DNA of 57,863 bases from Actinomycetota bacterium (GCA_005787035.1 SYCI01000145.1:1-57863), one strand, 5' to 3'. Positions 1 through 9,795 are shown, counted from the stretch's first letter. Notes: generated from the sequence alone by a model not told the origin. Program-made: numbers and translations.

Positions 1-44
1 GAGCCGATGATCAGGATGGAAGAAAGGTCGTCGCGTCTCGGCAT
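1..44 (-). CDS. carB: carbamoyl-phosphate synthase large subunit, first 14 codons only (gene runs off the left edge)
   Basis: ATG at 44..42, 1 nt after the carA stop (48..46). The reverse complement reads MPRRDDLSSILIIG, like the conserved CarB N-terminus. Its position after carA is the canonical order. Confidence 0.6.
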   Translation of the reverse strand, partial: MPRRDDLSSILIIG

Positions 45-45
45 G

Positions 46-1125
46 TCAGAACCTTCCGCTCGTCATGAGGTCGTCGAATTGGGCGAAGAGGTACCGACTG
101 TCGTGCGGCCCCGGTCCGGCCTCCGGGTGATACTGCACACTGAAGGCCGGCGCGCCGAGAACTCGCATCCCCTCGTTCGTCATGTCGTTGAGGTTGAGAT
201 GGGTCACCTCGACCTTCCCGGCGAGCGAGGCCGGATCCACACAGAAGTTGTGGTTCTGGCTGGTGATCTCGATGTGCCCACTCGCCTCGTGGCGAACCGG
301 ATGGTTCCCACCGTGGTGCCCGAAGGGAAGCTTGAAGGTGGATCCACCGAGCGCGCGGCCGAGGAGCTGATGACCGAGACAGATACCGAACAACGGCACT
401 TGTCCGACGAGATCACGGATCGTCTCGACGGCGTAGCCGACGGCGGCCGGATCCCCGGGACCATTCGACAAGAACACCCCATCGGGTTTCATCGCCATCA
501 CCTCGGCCGCCGACGTGGAAGCCGGCACGACGTCGACCGTCGCGATCTCCCCTAGACAGCGCAGGATGGTGGCCTTGATGCCGAAGTCGAAGGCCACCAC
601 TCGACGCGGCCCGCTTCCGACGCGGTACGCGCTTGGGGTGGTCACGGAGGCCACGAGGTCGATGCCGTCGGTTCCCTTCTCGGCTCGGGCCGCGGCCAGG
701 AGTTCGGATTCACTCGCCGTACCGAACGCACCCGGCATGGCGCCGGTGTCCCGCAGGACGCGGGTCAGGCGACGAGTGTCGATCGACGCGATACCGGCCA
801 CCCCGGCCGCCGAGAGCATGTCGTCGAGTCCGCCACTCGCCCGGTGATTGCTGTAGCGACGCGCCGAGTCGCGCACGATCACACCACGACAGTGGGTGCG
901 TGATGCTTCGTCGTCGATCGGCGTGACGCCGTAGTTCCCGATGTGCGGGTAGGTGAAGGTGATGATCTGACCGGCGTAACTCGGATCGGTGATGACTTCT
1001 TGATAACCCGACAACACCGTGTTGAACACGACTTCACCGGTGGCAACGGCCGCCGGCGCACCGATGGCCTCGCCCTCGAAGACGCTGCCGTCGGCCAGGA
1101 CCAGTAATGCCTCACGAACCGACAT
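46..1125 (-). CDS. carA: carbamoyl-phosphate synthase small (glutaminase) subunit
   Basis: 359-aa ORF with ATG start. Has a CPSase small-chain N-domain and the class-I amidotransferase motif PLFGICLGHQLL. Confidence 0.95.
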   Translation of the reverse strand: MSVREALLVLADGSVFEGEAIGAPAAVATGEVVFNTVLSGYQEVITDPSYAGQIITFTYPHIGNYGVTPIDDEASRTHCRGVIVRDSARRYSNHRASGGLDDMLSAAGVAGIASIDTRRLTRVLRDTGAMPGAFGTASESELLAAARAEKGTDGIDLVASVTTPSAYRVGSGPRRVVAFDFGIKATILRCLGEIATVDVVPASTSAAEVMAMKPDGVFLSNGPGDPAAVGYAVETIRDLVGQVPLFGICLGHQLLGRALGGSTFKLPFGHHGGNHPVRHEASGHIEITSQNHNFCVDPASLAGKVEVTHLNLNDMTNEGMRVLGAPAFSVQYHPEAGPGPHDSRYLFAQFDDLMTSGRF

Positions 1126-1185
1126 TCGAAACCACCATTTCTTCAGTATGCATGATCATACGCTTGAGTGCATAATCAGTTATTC
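1126..1185 (-). promoter_or_regulatory. AT-rich pyrC-carA spacer with TGCAT-type inverted repeats (possible internal promoter/operator or RNA hairpin)
   Basis: 60-nt spacer with 23/60 G+C by hand count, in a window that is otherwise clearly >60% GC. Contains GTATG-CATGAT-CATAC (perfect 5-bp stem) and TATGCA...TGCATA. Confidence 0.3.
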
Positions 1186-2493
1186 TCATTTCGTCGCCGT
1201 CCCGTCCACGACCACTGCGACACCGTTCAGGACCGTGTGCCGAACGCGCCCGACGAGGTCTCGACCGTGGAAGGGCGTGTTCCCACTCTTGCTGGCCACG
1301 TTCCGCCGATCGACGGTCCAACGCGCCGATGGATCGAACACCACGAGATTCGCTGGCTCGCCCACGGCGACCGGCCGCCCGTGACGGGAATCGAGGCCGG
1401 CGATACGCGCCGGATTCCAACTGAGCGCGGCGAGCACGCTGCGAATCGACATCAGGCCGCTTTCGACCAGTTCGGTCAGCGCCACCGAGAGCGCGGTTTC
1501 CAGACCGATCATTCCCGGCGGCGCGACATCGAGTGTCTGCTCCTTCAGATGATCGGCATGCGGCGCATGATCGGTGGCGATTGCATCGATCGTTCCATCG
1601 GCCAACCCTCGCTTGAGAGCGGCGATGTCAGCCGGCGTTCGCAGAGGCGGGTTCACCTTGAAGACAGGATCGAATCCGGCGAGCATCTCGTCGGTCAGCG
1701 AAATGTGATGAGGTGTCGCCTCGGCGGTCACCGGCAGACCATCGGCCTTGGCGGTCCGGACGAGGTCGACGCTCCGCTCGGTCGACAGATGGAGGAAATG
1801 CATCCGCGCTCCCGTGAGTCGGCAGAGCTCGATGTCTCGATGAACCATGAGCTCCTCGGCGATCGCCGGCCATCCCGGGAGACCGAGCCGACTGCAACAC
1901 GCGCCTTCGTGCATCACCGCGCCCAAGGTCAGTCGGGCGACTTCGCAGTGCTGCGCGAGAGTGATGCCGAGATCGCGTCCGTACTCGAGAGCCCGACGCA
2001 TGAGCAGAGGGTCCTGCACACCGTTGCCGTCGTCGGTGAAGATCCGCACGCCGACCGCAGCCAACTCGGCGAAGGGCGCGAGCACTTCCCCAGCACGCCC
2101 GATGGTGATGCACCCCGAGGGGTGCACGTCGCACATTCCGGCTCGGCGACCTTGTTCGCGAACGAACTCGACGACGATGCGCGAATCCTGAGCCGGGTCG
2201 GTGTTGGGCATGGCGACGATGGCCGTGAAGCCCCCGAGCGCAGCGGCGCGACTCCCGGTTTCGATCGTTTCGGATTCTTCGCGCCCCGGTTCCCGCAGAT
2301 GCGTGTGCAGATCGACGAAACCCGACGACACGACGCAGCCACGGGCATCCAGAACTCGCGAGTCATCCAAGGGAGCCGCGCCCGGAGCCACGACGTCGAC
2401 GATCCGATCGCCGTCGATCACTACGTCGGCCGGACGTCCGTCATCGGTGGTCGTCGAATCGACGATGCGTCCTCCGCTGATCACGGTTCTCAT
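1186..2493 (-). CDS. pyrC: dihydroorotase
   Basis: 435-aa ORF with the metal-binding motif VDLHTHLREPG and amidohydrolase fold motifs. ATGA overlap with the pyrB stop. Confidence 0.93.
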   Translation of the reverse strand: MRTVISGGRIVDSTTTDDGRPADVVIDGDRIVDVVAPGAAPLDDSRVLDARGCVVSSGFVDLHTHLREPGREESETIETGSRAAALGGFTAIVAMPNTDPAQDSRIVVEFVREQGRRAGMCDVHPSGCITIGRAGEVLAPFAELAAVGVRIFTDDGNGVQDPLLMRRALEYGRDLGITLAQHCEVARLTLGAVMHEGACCSRLGLPGWPAIAEELMVHRDIELCRLTGARMHFLHLSTERSVDLVRTAKADGLPVTAEATPHHISLTDEMLAGFDPVFKVNPPLRTPADIAALKRGLADGTIDAIATDHAPHADHLKEQTLDVAPPGMIGLETALSVALTELVESGLMSIRSVLAALSWNPARIAGLDSRHGRPVAVGEPANLVVFDPSARWTVDRRNVASKSGNTPFHGRDLVGRVRHTVLNGVAVVVDGTATK

Positions 2494-3446
2494 CGGCTCA
2501 CCTCTGTTTCCGATCCGCCGAGCACGTCGAACAGAACGGCCATTCGCACCGAAACGCCGTTGGTCACCTGGGTGGTCACCACCGAACCGGGCACTTCCAA
2601 CGGATCGACGACCATCTCCACTCCCCTGTTCATCGGACCGGGATGCATCACCAGCGCCCCGTCCCTCAACTTCCCGGCTCGACGGCGATCGAGTCCGAAT
2701 CTCGTCGAGTACTCGCCGAGATTGGGCACCAGCGCCTCGGCCATCCGCTCACGCTGCATTCGAAGCATGTACACGACGTCGACTCCGCCGATCACTTCGT
2801 CGAGGTCGTCGACGATCTCGACGTTGCCGCCATCGGTCCAGGGCGACGAATCAGGTGGCAACAACGTCGCCGGGGCGACGATCACGACGCGCGCACCGAG
2901 CGCGGTGAAGGCTTCGGTGCAGCTTCGCGCCACCCGACTGTGCTTCACATCACCCACGATCGCGATCCGAAGACCAGCCAGACATCCCACCGCCGGGGTC
3001 AGCCCCCGTTCGGTGACGATCGTGTGGCAATCGAGCAGCGCCTGTGTGGGGTGCTGATGCCAACCGTCTCCGGCGTTGATGACCGACGCATCCGTCCATT
3101 GGCTGATCTGCCACGGAACTCCACTCGTCTTGTGGCGGACGACGAATACGGCCACACCCATGGCGCTCACGGTCTCCACCGTGTCGCGCAGACTCTCGCC
3201 CTTGTTCACGCTCGATGTCGAGACGCTGAAGGTCATGGTGTCGGCCGAAAGTCGCCGGGCGGCGGTCTCGAAACTGATACGCGTACGGGTCGAGTCCTCG
3301 AAGAACAGACTCACGACGGTCCGACCCACCAATGCCGGAACTTTGGGCACCGACCGTCGATTGACTTCGGCCATGTGCGCGGAGAGTTCCAGGATGCGCA
3401 CGATTCCGTCCGCGCCGAGTTCGTCGATGCTGCGCAAGTGCTTCAC
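2490..3446 (-). CDS. pyrB: aspartate carbamoyltransferase catalytic subunit
   Basis: 318 aa with the STRTR motif ([13 protein letters not shown]) and HPTQ motif. GTG start forms a GTGA overlap with the pyrR stop. Confidence 0.95.
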   Translation of the reverse strand: MKHLRSIDELGADGIVRILELSAHMAEVNRRSVPKVPALVGRTVVSLFFEDSTRTRISFETAARRLSADTMTFSVSTSSVNKGESLRDTVETVSAMGVAVFVVRHKTSGVPWQISQWTDASVINAGDGWHQHPTQALLDCHTIVTERGLTPAVGCLAGLRIAIVGDVKHSRVARSCTEAFTALGARVVIVAPATLLPPDSSPWTDGGNVEIVDDLDEVIGGVDVVYMLRMQRERMAEALVPNLGEYSTRFGLDRRRAGKLRDGALVMHPGPMNRGVEMVVDPLEVPGSVVTTQVTNGVSVRMAVLFDVLGGSETEVSR

Positions 3447-4018
3447 GACGCCGACCGCCGATGGAGGGTCACGCCATCCGGACCGACGACGACTTGCTCG
3501 TCGACGCTCGTCGGGATGTTCTTGCCGACGAAATCGGGCCGGATCGGAAGTTCACGGTGCCCGCGGTCGATCATGACCGCCAACTGAACCTGTGAGGGCC
3601 GACCGTATTGATTGAGCGCGTCGAGGGCGGCCCGCACGGTGCGACCGGTGAAGAGCACATCATCCACGAGGACCACGCGGGCGCCGGCGAGATCGACGGG
3701 GATCTCGGTGACCGCCACCGGCGTCACCGGCCGGAGAGAAATGTCGTCACGGAAGAGCGACACGTCGAGACGGCCGAGAGGTGGTGGCGTTCCTTCGATG
3801 CGGGAGATCGCGGCGACGATCATTTCGGCCAACCAGACTCCACCGCGCTGAAGGCCGACCACGACCACACCTTCGACACCCCGATTGCGCTCGATGATCT
3901 CGTGCGCGATGCGAGTCACGGCCCGGGAGACATCATCGGAACGGAGGACTTGCACACGATCCGAATCAGTTCCGGTTGTCGGTTCGGGATCGACCCGAGA
4001 CGTGCGAGACGTCGCCAT
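3443..4018 (-). CDS. pyrR: bifunctional pyrimidine operon regulator / uracil phosphoribosyltransferase PyrR
   Basis: 191 aa with the PRPP-binding motif [13 protein letters not shown]. First gene of the pyrR-pyrB-pyrC-carAB series. GGAGGA lies 6 nt before the ATG. Confidence 0.9.
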   Translation of the reverse strand: MATSRTSRVDPEPTTGTDSDRVQVLRSDDVSRAVTRIAHEIIERNRGVEGVVVVGLQRGGVWLAEMIVAAISRIEGTPPPLGRLDVSLFRDDISLRPVTPVAVTEIPVDLAGARVVLVDDVLFTGRTVRAALDALNQYGRPSQVQLAVMIDRGHRELPIRPDFVGKNIPTSVDEQVVVGPDGVTLHRRSAS

Positions 4019-4021
4019 GTT

Positions 4022-4050
4022 GTCCTCCGTTCGGGCCTCACAGGACCCGT
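4022..4050 (-). promoter_or_regulatory. candidate PyrR-binding RNA loop overlapping the pyrR Shine-Dalgarno
   Basis: The minus-strand RNA reads CGGGUCCUGUGAGGCCCGAACGGAGGACAACAUG. UCCUGUGAGGCC resembles the PyrR-loop consensus UCCAGAGAGGCU (9/12). An alternative GUCCU/AGGAC pairing (4046..4042 with 4026..4022) covers the SD. Confidence 0.35.
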
Positions 4051-4088
4051 TTGACGGTCGGTGGAACCCTAGCAGCGGATCGGAATCC

Positions 4089-5012
4089 TCAACGGCATCG
4101 ACCGAGGACCTGGATCAGGTCTTCGGGCAAGGGTGACTCGAAGTCGAGCACCTCGTGCGACACCGGATGGACGAACGAGAGGCGTCCGGCGTGAAGGAAG
4201 GGCCGATCCATGGGGAGACCGGCCCGCTGCCCACCGTACGTGACATCGCCGACCACCGGATGACCGACCGCCGCGAGATGGACACGAATCTGATGGGTCC
4301 GTCCGGTGTCGAGTTCACACGCAAGAACCGAAACCTCGGGCTCGGTGAACTCTTTCTCGACCGCATAGTGGGTTCGCGCCGGCTTACCCGATGCCACCAC
4401 AGCCATCTTCAGCGGGTCGCGAGGGTCGCGCCCGATGGCGGCGTCGATCGTGCCCGTAGGCGCATCGAGACGACCCCATACGAGAGCGACGTAATGCCGC
4501 GACACCTCGTGTTCGCTCAACGCTTCGACGAGCGCGTCGTACGCCTCGGAGGATCGGGCAACGACGAGCAGTCCCGACGTACCGACATCGAGACGGTGCA
4601 CGATTCCTGGCCGCAGAGGATCTCCCACCGAGGAGATCTCGGGAAAACGGGCGAGCAAACCATTGACGAGTGTCCCACTCGGATTGCCGGCCCCGGGGTG
4701 CACGACGATGCCGGGCGACTTGTCGACCACGATCACGTGATCGTCCTCGTACACCACCACGATCCTGACCGAGGGATCGGGACCGGGCGGTTCGTCGCGC
4801 GGAATCGCCGATCGATCGACTTCGACGACCTGTCCCTCGTCGAGTCGGATCTTGCCCGACCGCACGACGGCGCCATCGACACTCACCCCACCACGGTTGA
4901 CGGTCTCGGCGGCATCGGCGCGGCTGATCTCGGCGATCAACGACACGATGCGGTCGAGTCGCTCACCGGCGAGAAGCGAGGGGATCTCCTCGCTCACTCG
5001 GTCAGTTGACAT
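4089..5012 (-). CDS. rluD: RluA-family 23S rRNA pseudouridine synthase with N-terminal S4 domain
   Basis: Catalytic motif [14 protein letters not shown]. Start trimmed to ATG 5012 ([11 protein letters not shown]), 7 nt after the lspA stop. The track ORF starts at 5054 and would overlap lspA by 53 nt. Confidence 0.85.
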   Translation of the reverse strand: MSTDRVSEEIPSLLAGERLDRIVSLIAEISRADAAETVNRGGVSVDGAVVRSGKIRLDEGQVVEVDRSAIPRDEPPGPDPSVRIVVVYEDDHVIVVDKSPGIVVHPGAGNPSGTLVNGLLARFPEISSVGDPLRPGIVHRLDVGTSGLLVVARSSEAYDALVEALSEHEVSRHYVALVWGRLDAPTGTIDAAIGRDPRDPLKMAVVASGKPARTHYAVEKEFTEPEVSVLACELDTGRTHQIRVHLAAVGHPVVGDVTYGGQRAGLPMDRPFLHAGRLSFVHPVSHEVLDFESPLPEDLIQVLGRCR

Positions 5013-5523
5013 CAGGGCTCTCCTCGACCGACGAATCGTCGGTAGCAACGACACGATCGGTCAGCAGGAAACCGATCACCATCAGAGCACCACCGACATT
5101 GACGCAGATATCGGCGACGTTGAAGATCGGAAACCACTGGAAGTCGATGAAGTCGACGACCGAGCCATGCATGAATCCGTCACCACGAAAGACACGATCG
5201 ATGATGTTCCCGACCGCACCGCCGATGATGAGTCCGGTCGACCATCGGGCAACGCGACCCGATTGCCGCCCCAAGGAGAGCAACAGCACGACCACGATCA
5301 CGGTGGCGAGGATTCCGATCACCGGACCCCAACCCTGGCCACGCCCGAAGGCCATTCCGTTGTTGTAGGCCAGATTGAACTGGAGGGTCCAGATCACATG
5401 ATCGACGTGACCATCGCCCAGATGATCGACCGCCCACGCTTTGGTGACCTGATCGACGACGACCGCGATCGCGGCGACGACGATCGACAATCGGGCCAAC
5501 GACAGCCGACCGGCCCGACTCAT
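5002..5523 (-). CDS. lspA: lipoprotein signal peptidase II
   Basis: Motifs NNGMAFG and FNVADICVNVG, with 4 TM segments. Start trimmed to ATG 5523, which forms an ATGA overlap with the upstream stop. Confidence 0.85.
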   Translation of the reverse strand: MSRAGRLSLARLSIVVAAIAVVVDQVTKAWAVDHLGDGHVDHVIWTLQFNLAYNNGMAFGRGQGWGPVIGILATVIVVVLLLSLGRQSGRVARWSTGLIIGGAVGNIIDRVFRGDGFMHGSVVDFIDFQWFPIFNVADICVNVGGALMVIGFLLTDRVVATDDSSVEESPDVN

Positions 5524-6341
5524 CGTTGTCCGATCCCGCCAACCCTCTCGGTCACGAGTTCGGTCGCCCACGGAATGAATTCGAGGCGTTCGCGTGGGAT
5601 CGGCTTGGTCGAGATCAGGCTGTAGCCGTAGTCGCCGGTCTCGATTCGAGCGAGCGCGGCGTCGATCTCGAGGACGGTCTGACGATCCTGATCGGACAGC
5701 AACTTGGCTCGCTCGCGTTCGACGGCCAGTGAATCTCCTTCACCACCATCCTCGTCGAATTGATCGTCACCCATGCCGGCGGCCTCGATGAGGCTGTCAC
5801 GCTCTTTGTCGAGAGCTTCGGCAAGACCGAGATATTGACGACGCTTGTCCTCGAGCAGGACGCGCTGCGCGCGCAGGAAGGTGAGGTCGAAGTCCTTGTT
5901 GGCGATGATGCCGTCTTTCGACTTGGGCTTCTTGCCGGGAACCGGGGGCTTGACGAAGACCGGCTTGGCCGGAGTCTTCTTGACGGCCTCCTTCTTCGGG
6001 GCCGCAACCTTGGGTGCGACCTCCTTCTTGGGGGCCACGACTTTCTTGGCCGGCGTCTTCTTCGGCGGAACGACCTTCGAAGGGGTCTTCTTTACCGGCG
6101 CTTTCTTCACCACCGGCTTCTTGGCCGGAGCCTTCTTCACCGGTGCCTTCTTGACCGGCTTCTTGGCCGGAGCCTTCTTCGCGGGAGCCTTCTTCACCGG
6201 CTTTTTCGCCGGAGCCTTCTTCGCCACGGTCTTCTTGGCCACCGGCTTCTTGGCCGGAGCCTTCTTCGCGGGAGCCTTCTTCACCGGCTTCTTCGCCGGA
6301 GCCTTCTTGGCCGAAACCTTCTTTTTGGTCGACGTCGCCAT
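5520..6341 (-). CDS. DksA/TraR-like protein with N-terminal Lys/Ala/Pro-rich histone-H1-like tail
   Basis: The C-terminal ~120 aa look like the DksA coiled coil plus finger region (ALARIETGDYGYSLISTKPIPRERLEFIPWATELV), but all four finger Cys are replaced. The N-terminal ~140 aa are AKKAPAKKPV-type repeats. Confidence 0.7.
   Translation of the reverse strand: MATSTKKKVSAKKAPAKKPVKKAPAKKAPAKKPVAKKTVAKKAPAKKPVKKAPAKKAPAKKPVKKAPVKKAPAKKPVVKKAPVKKTPSKVVPPKKTPAKKVVAPKKEVAPKVAAPKKEAVKKTPAKPVFVKPPVPGKKPKSKDGIIANKDFDLTFLRAQRVLLEDKRRQYLGLAEALDKERDSLIEAAGMGDDQFDEDGGEGDSLAVERERAKLLSDQDRQTVLEIDAALARIETGDYGYSLISTKPIPRERLEFIPWATELVTERVGGIGQR
5921..6341 (-). repeat. in-frame tandem repeats encoding the (K/A/P/V) tail
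   Basis: Pervasive gccttcttc/ggcttcttg units. A 68-nt segment at 6154..6221 recurs at 6241..6308 with one mismatch (87-bp, 29-codon offset). Confidence 0.9.
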
Positions 6342-6416
6342 TGCTGTTCTGCCTCGCCAATCCTGCTTCTGGGTTGCGGCAGGCTACCGCGGTGCAGTGT
6401 CCCCGGCGCGGAACCT

Positions 6417-9400
6417 TCAGACTGCTTTGGTCACGGAGATGAAAATGTCATCGTCGTCGATCGTGGCCGTGGGCTGGCCCGATCCCCAGGAAATCGACGT
6501 CGACAGCGTTTCCTCGGCGATCATCGGAACGAACGGTTGGATCTGCCGACGCATCGACTCGGCCACACCGAGCACGAGATCGATCCGGTCGCTGACCTCG
6601 AGACCCGCATCCCGACGAGCCTGTTGCACCAAGCGGACGAGATCGCGTGCCGTTCCTTCGGCGGCCAACTCGGGGGTCACGTTGGTGTCGAGAGTGATCA
6701 TGCCCACACCGTCGGACAACGTCGCGCTGGCCGAGCCTTCGGCGGCCACCAACTTGAGGGTGTATTCACCCTCTGCGAGTTCGATCCCACCGGCCACGAC
6801 CCGACCGTCGACGTGCGACCAGTCTCCCGACTTGATGGCCTTGATGACTTCCTGCGTGCGTCCACCGAGCCGCGGACCGAGTGCGGCCGGAAGCGCCTGA
6901 AGCACCATCGCCGCATCCGACTCGACGGTCGCCCTCAACTCGACGGTCTTGACGTTCACTTCGTCGGCGATCACGTCGACATAGGGCTGAAGGGCGTCCG
7001 AGCCGGGGAACGCGACCGTCACCTTGGCGAGGGGCAGGCGAACGCGGAGTGACTTGCTCTTCCGGATCGACAACGTGGCCGAACAGACGTCGCGGACGAG
7101 ATCCATCGATCGAACGAGGTCGGGATCGGAGGGTAGGTCGTCGGCGCTCGGCCAGTCGGCGAGATGAACGCTGTCACCACCCGTGAGGCCACGATGAACA
7201 TGATCGGTCAACAGCGGAAGCAAAGGTGCCGCGACCCGACAGACGATGTCGAGCACCGTGTGGAGAGTGTCGATCGCATCCTGGTCGCCGGCCCAGAAAC
7301 GATCACGTGAGCGGCGGATGTACCAATTGGTGAGTACGTCGAGGAAGTCGCGAACCGATGCGCAAGCCGCGAAGAGGTCGTATGCATCGAGGTCGGCGGT
7401 CGTCGCGCGAACGAGATCGTTCGTCTTGGCGAGGATGTAACGATCGAGCACGTTGGCCGAATCGGTGCGGAAGCGACCGGTCGTGTTTTCGGCACCGGCG
7501 TAGAGGGCGAGGAAGTACCACGAGTTCCAGAGGGGCAGCAGGACCTGACGCACCGTCTCCCGAATTCCGGCTTCGGTGACCGAGAAATCCGAACCACGCA
7601 GGATGGCCGACGACAAGAGATACCAGCGCATCGCGTCGGCGCCGTACTGATCGAAGACCATCATCGGATCCGGATAGTTCCGCAGGCTCTTCGACATCTT
7701 CTGACCGTCGTCCCCGAGGACGATCCCGTGACTCACACAGGTGGAGAAAGCCGGTCGGTCGAAGAGTGCCGTGGCCAGGACGTGCAACGTGTAGAACCAG
7801 CCACGGGTCTGACCGATGTACTCGACGATGAAATCGCCGGGATAGTGATTCTCGAACCACTCGCGGTTCTCGAACGGATAGTGCACTTGCGCGAAAGGCA
7901 TCGATCCTCTCTCGAACCAGCAGTCGAGAACTTCGGTCACGCGCCGCATGGACGAGCGTCCGGTCGGATCATCGGGATTGGGGCGGACGAGGTCGTCGAT
8001 CGAGGGTCGGTGCAGATCGACGACCTTCACCCCGAAGTCGCGCTCGAGATCCGCGATGCTTCCGTAGACGTCGATGCGCGGGTAATTCGGATCGTCGCTC
8101 TTCCAGACCGGGATCGGGGATCCCCAGAATCGGTTGCGACTGATCGACCAATCGCGGGCATTGGCAATCCACTTGCCGAAAGAACCCTCCTTCAGGTGTT
8201 CGGGAACCCAGGTGATCTGCTGGTTGAGCTCGATCATGCGCGCCTTGAACTTCGTGACCTCCACGAACCACGACGAGATGGCGCGGTACACGAGTGGCTC
8301 ACTGCAGCGCCAACAGTGCGGGTAAGGGTGATCGTACGAATCGTGCCGCACCACGACGCCGACGTCTTTCAGGTGTCGGATCACGAGCGGATTGGCGGCG
8401 AACACGTGTTGACCCGACCAGTCCGTGACCTCGGCCGTGTACTGACCTCGGCTGTCCATCGGGCAGATGGTGGGGATACCCGCCGCCTGACACGCGAGTT
8501 GGTCGTCTTCACCGAAGCCGGGCGCCATGTGCACCACACCCGTGCCGTCGTCGACGGTCACGAATTCGGCGGCCAGGACCTGGAACGCGTTCTCGGTATC
8601 GGCGAAGTAGCCGAAGAGCGGCGTGTAACGGCGTCCGACGAGATCGGAGCCTCGAAGCGTCGCCACTTCGGTCGCTTCCGCGAACTCCTTCTCGTAGGCG
8701 GCCCGCCGCGCCGAAGCGATGATCGAGCGAGTTCCCCCGAGTTCGAGGACCAAGTATTCGACATCGGGGTTGACCGCGAGAGCGAGGTTCGAGGGCAGCG
8801 TCCACGGAGTGGTCGTCCAGGCGAGGAGGTCTTCACCGGTCTCCAACCGAAAACGAACGGTGAGGGCCGGATCCTGTCGATCGCGATAGACGTCGTCCAT
8901 GCGCGTCTCGGTGTTGCTCAACGGTGTCTCACAACGCCAGCAATAAGCCAGCACTCGGAAGCCCTCGTAGATCAGACCCTTGTCCCACAGAGTCTTGAAC
9001 GCCCACATGACGCTCTCCATGTAGGGGGTGTCGAGGGTCTTGTAATCGTTCTCGAAGTCGACCCAACGCGCCTGTCGGGTGACGTACCGCTGCCATTCGC
9101 TGGTGTACCGAAGCACGCTCGACCGGCAGTAGTCGTTGAACTTGTCGAGGCCGAACGAGGTGATCTCGGGATGTCCCGAGATTCCGAGTTGTTTCTCCGC
9201 CTCGACCTCGGCCGGCATGCCGTGACAGTCCCAGCCGAACCGGCGCTCCACGTGGCGACCGCGCATCGTCTGGTAGCGCGGCACGGCGTCTTTCACGAAG
9301 CCGGTGAGCAAGTGGCCGTAATGCGGGAGTCCGTTGGCGAAGGGTGGACCGTCGTAGAAGACGAACTCGTTGTCTCCCGTCGCTCCGGCCGGGCGGGCTT

Positions 9401-9509
9401 CGACCGAGCGTTCGAAGGAACGGTCGGAGGTCCACGTGGCCAACACGTCGGCTTCGATAGCCGGAAACGACGGTTGCGCCTCGACGGCGGGATAGCGGCG
9501 GCTCGACAT
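6417..9509 (-). CDS. ileS: isoleucine--tRNA ligase
   Basis: 1030 aa with the HIGH-type motif GLPHYGHLL and KMSKS ([10 protein letters not shown]). N-terminus ...[11 protein letters not shown]... Confidence 0.97.
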   Translation of the reverse strand: MSSRRYPAVEAQPSFPAIEADVLATWTSDRSFERSVEARPAGATGDNEFVFYDGPPFANGLPHYGHLLTGFVKDAVPRYQTMRGRHVERRFGWDCHGMPAEVEAEKQLGISGHPEITSFGLDKFNDYCRSSVLRYTSEWQRYVTRQARWVDFENDYKTLDTPYMESVMWAFKTLWDKGLIYEGFRVLAYCWRCETPLSNTETRMDDVYRDRQDPALTVRFRLETGEDLLAWTTTPWTLPSNLALAVNPDVEYLVLELGGTRSIIASARRAAYEKEFAEATEVATLRGSDLVGRRYTPLFGYFADTENAFQVLAAEFVTVDDGTGVVHMAPGFGEDDQLACQAAGIPTICPMDSRGQYTAEVTDWSGQHVFAANPLVIRHLKDVGVVVRHDSYDHPYPHCWRCSEPLVYRAISSWFVEVTKFKARMIELNQQITWVPEHLKEGSFGKWIANARDWSISRNRFWGSPIPVWKSDDPNYPRIDVYGSIADLERDFGVKVVDLHRPSIDDLVRPNPDDPTGRSSMRRVTEVLDCWFERGSMPFAQVHYPFENREWFENHYPGDFIVEYIGQTRGWFYTLHVLATALFDRPAFSTCVSHGIVLGDDGQKMSKSLRNYPDPMMVFDQYGADAMRWYLLSSAILRGSDFSVTEAGIRETVRQVLLPLWNSWYFLALYAGAENTTGRFRTDSANVLDRYILAKTNDLVRATTADLDAYDLFAACASVRDFLDVLTNWYIRRSRDRFWAGDQDAIDTLHTVLDIVCRVAAPLLPLLTDHVHRGLTGGDSVHLADWPSADDLPSDPDLVRSMDLVRDVCSATLSIRKSKSLRVRLPLAKVTVAFPGSDALQPYVDVIADEVNVKTVELRATVESDAAMVLQALPAALGPRLGGRTQEVIKAIKSGDWSHVDGRVVAGGIELAEGEYTLKLVAAEGSASATLSDGVGMITLDTNVTPELAAEGTARDLVRLVQQARRDAGLEVSDRIDLVLGVAESMRRQIQPFVPMIAEETLSTSISWGSGQPTATIDDDDIFISVTKAV

Positions 9510-9540
9510 AGGGCCTGTTCAGGCTACCGAGGACGGCTGA

Positions 9541-9774
9541 TCAGATCAGACGGGTCAGGATGCTGAGGAGCAGGATGGCCACGATCGGTGAGATGTCGAG
9601 ACCGCCGAACGACGGCAGAGCCCGGCGGATCGGACCCAGAACGGGTTCGGTGATCCGCACCACGATGTCCATGACCGAGCGGGCCGCCGAACTACTGAGT
9701 GGGAACCACGACATGACGACGCGAATGAACAGCGCCAACTGAAAGAGGTTCAGCAGAACGGCGACGATGTACAC
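9541..9774 (-). CDS. yggT: YggT-family membrane protein
   Basis: 77 aa, 2 TM, with a YGGT-like FIRVVMSWFP segment. Canonical position after sepF. Confidence 0.8.
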   Translation of the reverse strand: MYIVAVLLNLFQLALFIRVVMSWFPLSSSAARSVMDIVVRITEPVLGPIRRALPSFGGLDISPIVAILLLSILTRLI

Positions 9775-9795
9775 GAAGCAGCCCTCAGCCGACGA

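Noticed and set aside
1168-3057. 629-aa plus-strand ORF, with similar long ORFs at 7728..9566, 11382..13130, 15072..16655, 25194..26753, 43710..44591 and 49408..50883.
   Set aside because: Each lies antisense to a gene with unmistakable family motifs (pyrC/pyrB, ileS, ftsZ, murC, rsmH/mraZ, SRPBCC, VWA). Their translations are Arg/Gly/Pro/His-rich low-complexity sequence with no motifs. Stop-poor mirror frames are expected at this GC content.
5921-6341. Short-period DNA repeats that could at first glance suggest a CRISPR-like or minisatellite array.
   Set aside because: The repeats are contiguous with no unique spacers, are in frame, and encode the Lys/Ala/Pro tail of a protein. The same reasoning applies to the PG-binding module repeats at 26912..27448.
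7849-7875. Direct repeat TTCTCGAAC...TTCTCGAAC, resembling half-sites of the actinobacterial LexA box (TCGAAC).
   Set aside because: It lies inside ileS and simply encodes the repeated peptide FEN..FEN ([13 protein letters not shown]). The arrangement is direct, not the inverted TCGAAC-N4-GTTCGA.
9510-9540. Expected T-box leader upstream of ileS.
   Set aside because: Only 31 nt separate yggT and ileS, and I recognised no T-box or specifier elements.
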